The translations under genes and the position numbers were made by a program. From positions 1-11,064 of the forward strand of contig JAGLRQ010000002.1 in the NCBI GenBank assembly GCA_023136205.1: a DNA stretch of 11,064 nucleotides, written 5' to 3'. Source of the stretch: Candidatus Auribacterota bacterium. GTDB taxonomy: Bacteria; Auribacterota; UBA6266. Under the pieces are notes generated by a model, which saw only the letters and a list, made by a program, of their open reading frames with translations, was not told where the DNA came from and made no database searches. This document shows positions 7,080 through 11,064 of this stretch, in pieces (position 1 is the first letter of the stretch; each line of letters starts with the position of its first letter).

Positions 7080-8852
7080 CTATTCCTTAACTATTTGAAT
7101 TCCGAGTTCTTTAAGCTGTTCTTCTTTTACCGCGGAAGGAGCACCAACCATAAGGTCCTGGGCTCTCTGGTTCATCGGAAAAGCAATAACCTCTCTTATA
7201 TTAGGCGCATTTGAATAGAGCATTACAATTCTGTCTATACCCGGGGCAATGCCTCCATGCGGAGGCGCTCCAAACTCGAATGCCCTTATCATATGTCCAA
7301 AACTGCTATCAACATCCTTTTTCAAATACCCCGCAATTTCAAAAGCCTTATACATAATATCAGGCCTGTGGTTACGTATAGCCCCGCTTGAAAGCTCCAC
7401 ACCATTACAAATAATATCATACTGGAAAGCTTTAATATCAAGCGGGCTTTTTTCAAGAAGGGCCTTCATGCCTCCCTGCGGCATTGAAAAAGGATTGTGT
7501 GAAAACTCTATTTTCTTCAGTTCCTCATTATACTTGTACATCGGAAAATCAGTAACCCAGCAAAAAGCCATCGTGTTTTGGGGTATGCACATGGTAGCTT
7601 TTGCAAAATAAACTCTCATATGCCCCATTATCTCACACGTCTTTTCCCAATCACCGGCACCAAAGAACACCACCTCTCCATCTTTTAAACTTAAAAATTG
7701 AGTAAGATTTTCTTTCTCCCCTTCATTTAAAAATTTAAGTATAGGGCTTTTAAGCATTCCTTTATCCTTGATAATATATGCAAGCCCGCCCGCACCCAGC
7801 TCCTTTGCATAGGCTTCCGCATTATCAAAAAATGAGCGCGGCTTGCCTAAGAGCCCCGGAATAACAAGCGCTTTGACGGTTTTCCCCTTGCCCGTTTGTT
7901 TTTGAAACGCCTTAAATCCAGATTTAACAAATACAGATGTTACATCTTTAATTTCTAAACCATATCTTATGTCAGGTTTATCTGTTCCATATTTGTTCAT
8001 TGCATCCGCATAAGGAATCCTCGGAAAAGAATCAAACATCAATTTCTTGTCAGAAAGTTGTTTTGTAAGTTCTTTAAAAAGCCCGTCAACAATCTCAAAA
8101 ACTTCCTCCTGTGTACAAAATGACATCTCAAGATCCAACTGATAAAACTCTCCTGGAGATCTGTCCGCCCTTGAATCTTCATCCCGGAAACAAGGAGCTA
8201 TCTGGAAATACCTATGAAAACCTGCTACCATAAGCAACTGCTTGAACTGTTGCGGAGCCTGAGGCAGCGCATAGAACTTACCTTTGTGAATGCGGCTCGG
8301 AACAAGATAATCCCTGGCACCTTCGGGAGAACTACAGGTAAGTATAGGAGTATTTATCTCGGTAAACTCTATAGATGAAAGATACTGTCTTATAAAACTT
8401 ATAATTTTTGAACGGTAAATAATATTTTTGTGAAGCTGGTTTTTCCGAAGGTCAAGAAATCTATACTTTAACCTTACTTCCTCTCCCACAGGTTCTTCAT
8501 CCGCAATTTGGAAAGGAAGCACCTCAGCCGAAGATTCTACTTCAACATCTTTAATAAAAACTTCTATTTCCCCTGTTTCGATTTTCGGATTAACCGCTTC
8601 GGGTGAACGTTTAACAACCTTACCCGAAACAGATATAACGCTTTCCAGCCTTAGTTTCTCTACAGTTTCATAACTTTTTATTTCATTCTCCGGGTTAAAA
8701 ACAAGCTGGCATATCCCCGTGTGATCCCTTAAATCAACAAATATCAGGCGGCCATGATCTCTCTTTCTATGAATCCACCCGGCAAGCTTTATCTCCTTGC
8801 CAAAATCTTTTTTTCTCAATTTTCCGCAATATTCAGTCCTGTATTTATTCAT
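7080..8852 (-). CDS. aspS: Aspartate--tRNA ligase, bacterial type with GAD insertion domain
   Basis: 590 aa. Class II motifs [40 protein letters not shown] and [12 protein letters not shown], with an N-terminal OB anticodon-binding domain. SD GAGGA 5 nt upstream of the ATG. Overlaps the hisS stop by 8 nt. Confidence 0.95.
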   Translation of the reverse strand: MNKYRTEYCGKLRKKDFGKEIKLAGWIHRKRDHGRLIFVDLRDHTGICQLVFNPENEIKSYETVEKLRLESVISVSGKVVKRSPEAVNPKIETGEIEVFIKDVEVESSAEVLPFQIADEEPVGEEVRLKYRFLDLRKNQLHKNIIYRSKIISFIRQYLSSIEFTEINTPILTCSSPEGARDYLVPSRIHKGKFYALPQAPQQFKQLLMVAGFHRYFQIAPCFRDEDSRADRSPGEFYQLDLEMSFCTQEEVFEIVDGLFKELTKQLSDKKLMFDSFPRIPYADAMNKYGTDKPDIRYGLEIKDVTSVFVKSGFKAFQKQTGKGKTVKALVIPGLLGKPRSFFDNAEAYAKELGAGGLAYIIKDKGMLKSPILKFLNEGEKENLTQFLSLKDGEVVFFGAGDWEKTCEIMGHMRVYFAKATMCIPQNTMAFCWVTDFPMYKYNEELKKIEFSHNPFSMPQGGMKALLEKSPLDIKAFQYDIICNGVELSSGAIRNHRPDIMYKAFEIAGYLKKDVDSSFGHMIRAFEFGAPPHGGIAPGIDRIVMLYSNAPNIREVIAFPMNQRAQDLMVGAPSAVKEEQLKELGIQIVKE

Positions 8853-10122
8853 TTTTTCCTCTGAAGAGCTGTCTTATTGATTTTAAATTATTTTCCGTTA
8901 TTTCTTTTTCTTCACCGGATTCCATGTTCTTTAACTTAAATACTCCTTTATTAATTTCCTCATCGCCTACTATAATGCAATACTTTGATTTCAACTTATT
9001 AGCAGTTCTCATTTGGGCTTTCATGCTCTTTCCAAAAGCAGCTTTTGCACTAATGTTTAATTTAAGCCTTAATGTATTAAGGATGAAAAGTACTTTTTTA
9101 AGGGCTTTTTCGCCCTGATATACCACAAAAACATCGGTAGCCGTGGAAACCGGAAAGTCAGGGCACTGACTTTTCAAAGCCATTATTACCCTTTCAATAC
9201 CAGCCCCAAATCCAACAGCAGGAACGTCAGGACCCCCTAACTCTTTCACCATATTATCGTATCTCCCGCCGCCGCCGATTGCGTTCTGGGAACCCAACCC
9301 TGAGGCAGTAACCTCAAAAACAACAGCCGTATAATAATCAAGGCCCCTTACTAACCTGGAATTTTCAACAAACGGCATCGCATTAGCAGATAATAAATCT
9401 TTAAGCTCTTTGTAATACGACCGGCAGCTCTCACAGGCAAGAGAATCTGTCCCCTCAAATCCTGATAATATTTCGATACATCCTTCTTTCTTGCAATCCA
9501 AGATCCTTAAAGGGTTTTCTTCGAGCCTCAATTTACAATCATCGCACATTGAGTTTGTTTTTCCGGAAACAAAATCCTTAATGCCTTTCCTGACTGATTC
9601 TCTACATTCTTTTTTTCCGCAACCTACATTATTCAGCTCAAGAACGAAACCTTTTAAACCAAGCCTGGCGTAGATCGTGAGAAGAAAGATTATCATTTCA
9701 GCGTCTATTGCAGGATTTTTTATTCCAAAACATTCTGCCCCGAACTGAACATGCTGTCTAAACCTTCCCTTTTGAGGTTTCTCATACCGAAACATCGGAG
9801 CAATGTAAAAAAGTTTCGCAATTTCTCCCTGTGAAGTCACACCGCTTTGAAGATATGCCCTTACCACAGAAGGCGTTCCTTCAGGCCGAAGGGTCACGGA
9901 CCTCCCGCCACGGTCCTCAAAAATATACATCTCTTTTTTGACGATATCCGTTCCAATTCCTGAACCCCTTTTAAAAAGCTCTGTTCTTTCAAGAATTGGT
10001 GTGCGTATTTCTCCATACCCGAAAAGAGCAGCCGTCTCTCTCACAGTCTTTTCAATAAACTGCCAGAACACAACTTCTTCAGGCAAAACATCGTACATTC
10101 CTTTTAATACATTTATTTTCAT
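8845..10122 (-). CDS. hisS: Histidine--tRNA ligase
   Basis: Motifs [29 protein letters not shown] and GFGAGIER. The track ORF begins at a GTG (10131) that lies inside the GGTGGG SD. The ATG at 10122 gives [14 protein letters not shown], a typical HisRS N-terminus with sensible SD spacing, so I prefer 10122. 10131 is the alternative. Confidence 0.93.
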   Translation of the reverse strand: MKINVLKGMYDVLPEEVVFWQFIEKTVRETAALFGYGEIRTPILERTELFKRGSGIGTDIVKKEMYIFEDRGGRSVTLRPEGTPSVVRAYLQSGVTSQGEIAKLFYIAPMFRYEKPQKGRFRQHVQFGAECFGIKNPAIDAEMIIFLLTIYARLGLKGFVLELNNVGCGKKECRESVRKGIKDFVSGKTNSMCDDCKLRLEENPLRILDCKKEGCIEILSGFEGTDSLACESCRSYYKELKDLLSANAMPFVENSRLVRGLDYYTAVVFEVTASGLGSQNAIGGGGRYDNMVKELGGPDVPAVGFGAGIERVIMALKSQCPDFPVSTATDVFVVYQGEKALKKVLFILNTLRLKLNISAKAAFGKSMKAQMRTANKLKSKYCIIVGDEEINKGVFKLKNMESGEEKEITENNLKSIRQLFRGKNE

Positions 10123-10248
10123 TATTCCCACCGTAATATTCGTAAATAGTGAATCGTATTTTTTAACCTATAAAATACTAAACAAGTCTCTGCCTACTAC
10201 TTACTGTTCTACTATCTTTTGTCATAAGTATTCCAAACACAGACGGTA

Positions 10249-10277
10249 ATGTTAAACCAGGGGCATAAATATGTCAA
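10249..10277 (-). promoter_or_regulatory. Candidate sigma70-type promoter for hisS-aspS
   Basis: Gene-sense TTGACA (10277..10272), an exact 17-nt spacer, then TAACAT (10254..10249). It would give a leader of about 110 nt. The -35 lies within the U-tract of the upstream terminator. Confidence 0.45.
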
Positions 10278-10315
10278 AAGAAAAAACCCTCAAGTTTGAT
10301 ACACCAGAGGGTTTT
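10271..10315 (-). terminator. Rho-independent terminator of the IHF/HU-family gene
   Basis: Gene-sense AAAACCCTC (10315..10307), a 15-nt loop, GAGGGTTTT (10291..10283), then TTTCTTTT. This is a 9-bp stem with a GC core followed by a U-rich tract, starting 67 nt after the stop codon. Confidence 0.75.
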
Positions 10316-10382
10316 ACTTATTTTACGCACGATCATATTCAATTACTTTCTCACCGTTAACAAATATATCGAACTCTCCCGT

Positions 10383-10676
10383 TTATAAGGTTTTCCCCAC
10401 AATTTTTTTCATAACCCTACCCGGTTTAAAATACGCAACTTTCTTAGCAGGAATCGTTACCACTTCCTGTGGCTTATTAGGATTTCTACCCGTTCTTGCT
10501 TTTCTGTTTTTTACAGTAAAAACTCCAAAATTTCTTAATTCAACATTTTGACCTTTTTGTAAGCTCTCAACAATATAATCGAGTGTTTTTTGAATAACTT
10601 CTTTTACCGCAATCTGGGATATCCCCGTTTTTTTTGAAATCCTAATTGCAAGTTCTCTCTTTGTTAAGTTTGCCAT
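10383..10676 (-). CDS. HU/IHF family DNA-binding protein (IHF-beta-like)
   Basis: 97 aa: LTKRELAIRISKKTGISQIAVKEVIQ...VELRNFGVFTVKNRKARTGRNPNKPQEVVTIPAKKVAYFKPG. This is the characteristic RNP...P beta-arm and FKPG signature. GGAGG SD 6 nt before the ATG. Confidence 0.9.
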   Translation of the reverse strand: MANLTKRELAIRISKKTGISQIAVKEVIQKTLDYIVESLQKGQNVELRNFGVFTVKNRKARTGRNPNKPQEVVTIPAKKVAYFKPGRVMKKIVGKTL

Positions 10677-10720
10677 AAAAAACCTCCTAAAAACCTTATT
10701 TTTCTATAACCAAGTAGAGG

Positions 10721-10750
10721 AATATAACACGCACAGAATAACAGCGTCAA
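10721..10750 (-). promoter_or_regulatory. Candidate promoter of the IHF/HU-family gene (extended -10)
   Basis: Gene-sense TTGACG (10750..10745), an 18-nt spacer ending in TGt, then TATATT (10726..10721). The predicted leader is about 35-40 nt and ends at the GGAGG SD. Confidence 0.5.
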
Positions 10751-10811
10751 GAATATATTTTAGAATGCTTCGCGCGAGCCGCAAGTTTACACTTAGCTCT
10801 ATATAGCTTTC

Positions 10812-11064
10812 CTATCTCTTTATTTTCAGCCAAACGGTATTCTCTCCAAGTAGTGAAACAACATCCTTCATAAATCTTTCACTAGGTTTGACGCAAAAAC
10901 CTTTTCCTAAAAGCATATTAACTTTTCCACCCGAAGGAAGATTCAGTGCTACAGTAACGGGAGTAACTCCTTTATTATTTTTTAAAACATCCCTTAATTT
11001 TTCTAACTCACCTTCACCCAGATTGCCTGAAAATATCTCAACAACAACAGATTCGGTAAACCTT
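10812..11064 (-). CDS. dnaE: DNA polymerase III alpha subunit (DnaE), C-terminal fragment entering from the window edge
   Basis: Not in the ORF track because it is truncated. The minus frame from 11063 reads RFTESVVVEIFSGNLGEGELEKLRDVLKNNKGVTPVTVALNLPSGGKVNMLLGKGFCVKPSERFMKDVVSLLGENTVWLKIKR*, with stop TAG at 10814..10812. The pattern matches the E. coli DnaE C-terminal tail (...[24 protein letters not shown]...[34 protein letters not shown], from memory). Confidence 0.65.
   Translation of the reverse strand, partial: RFTESVVVEIFSGNLGEGELEKLRDVLKNNKGVTPVTVALNLPSGGKVNMLLGKGFCVKPSERFMKDVVSLLGENTVWLKIKR

Noticed and set aside
10132-10248. Possible T-box or other riboswitch leader upstream of hisS
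   Set aside because: The predicted leader is only about 110 nt. I could not find a T-box consensus, a specifier-loop architecture, or a terminator/antiterminator pair. There are only short TACGA/TACGG direct repeats and one imperfect 7-bp pairing.
396-10249. All plus-strand ORFs in the track (396..620, 1558..2061, 2504..2839, 2898..3125, 2963..3172, 3431..4039, 4926..5417, 6089..6292, 6718..6921, 7249..7611, 8924..9118, 9491..9673, 9938..10249) and the alternate-frame minus ORF 292..495
   Set aside because: Each lies wholly or almost wholly inside a minus-strand gene with clear family motifs. Their translations are low-complexity (rich in F, I, K, S, L), carry no motif I recognise, and have no convincing SD. 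They behave like antisense or alternate-frame shadows expected in AT-rich coding sequence.
10271-10360. 29-codon plus-strand ORF (MSKEKTLKFDTPEGFTYFTHDHIQLLSHR) with an AGGGG 7 nt upstream of its ATG, spanning the terminator hairpin
   Set aside because: It would be the only plus-strand gene in the window. No promoter is evident, its sequence is largely dictated by the terminator stem-loop, and it is too short to evaluate without conservation data. Ribosome profiling or comparative genomics would be needed to revive it.
10767-10785. GC-rich island GCTTCGCGCGAGCCGCAAG after the dnaE stop, as a possible terminator
   Set aside because: It folds into only about a 6-bp stem with a bulge and is not followed by a U-tract. 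The nearby AGCTATATAGAGCT near-palindrome is likewise weak. The evidence is insufficient to call a terminator.
1-11064. Defence systems, CRISPR arrays, mobile elements, tRNA/rRNA genes, toxin-antitoxin pairs
   Set aside because: There are no arrays of spaced direct repeats, no transposase, integrase or recombinase-like ORFs, no terminal inverted repeats, no cloverleaf-capable conserved tRNA motifs in the short intergenic regions, and no small paired ORFs. Every sizeable ORF is accounted for by a housekeeping family.

Overview
This AT-rich bacterial window is densely packed with core housekeeping genes, and every gene I can support lies on the minus strand. In transcription order (high to low coordinates): the 3' end of dnaE; a monocistronic IHF/HU-family gene with a recognisable promoter, Shine-Dalgarno (SD) site and intrinsic terminator; a hisS-aspS pair overlapping by 8 nt; a small LysM lipoprotein gene; then a tightly packed, partly overlapping operon, phoH(ybeZ) - pgpH (7TM-HD) - ybeY - dgkA::PAP2 fusion - CNNM/CorB-type DUF21-CBS protein - DUF502 membrane protein, followed by the first codons of recO. 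This combines the ybeZ-ybeY-ybeX neighbourhood of E. coli with the phoH-pgpH-ybeY-dgkA-(era)-recO neighbourhood of B. subtilis. I see no CRISPR array, transposase or integrase, tRNA or rRNA, toxin-antitoxin pair, or defence-type gene, so I do not think the window holds a new multi-gene system. Points worth a second look: (1) a DgkA lipid kinase fused in frame to a minimal PAP2-like phosphatase module with conservatively altered motifs; (2) a YbeY whose third zinc-ligand His reads Asp; (3) a ~190-nt phoH leader with degenerate 7/14-nt tandem repeats rich in GGA/CGA; (4) a DUF502 protein overlapping the CNNM gene. All plus-strand ORFs in the track look like antisense shadows. Family assignments come from motif recognition by eye and no searches were run.
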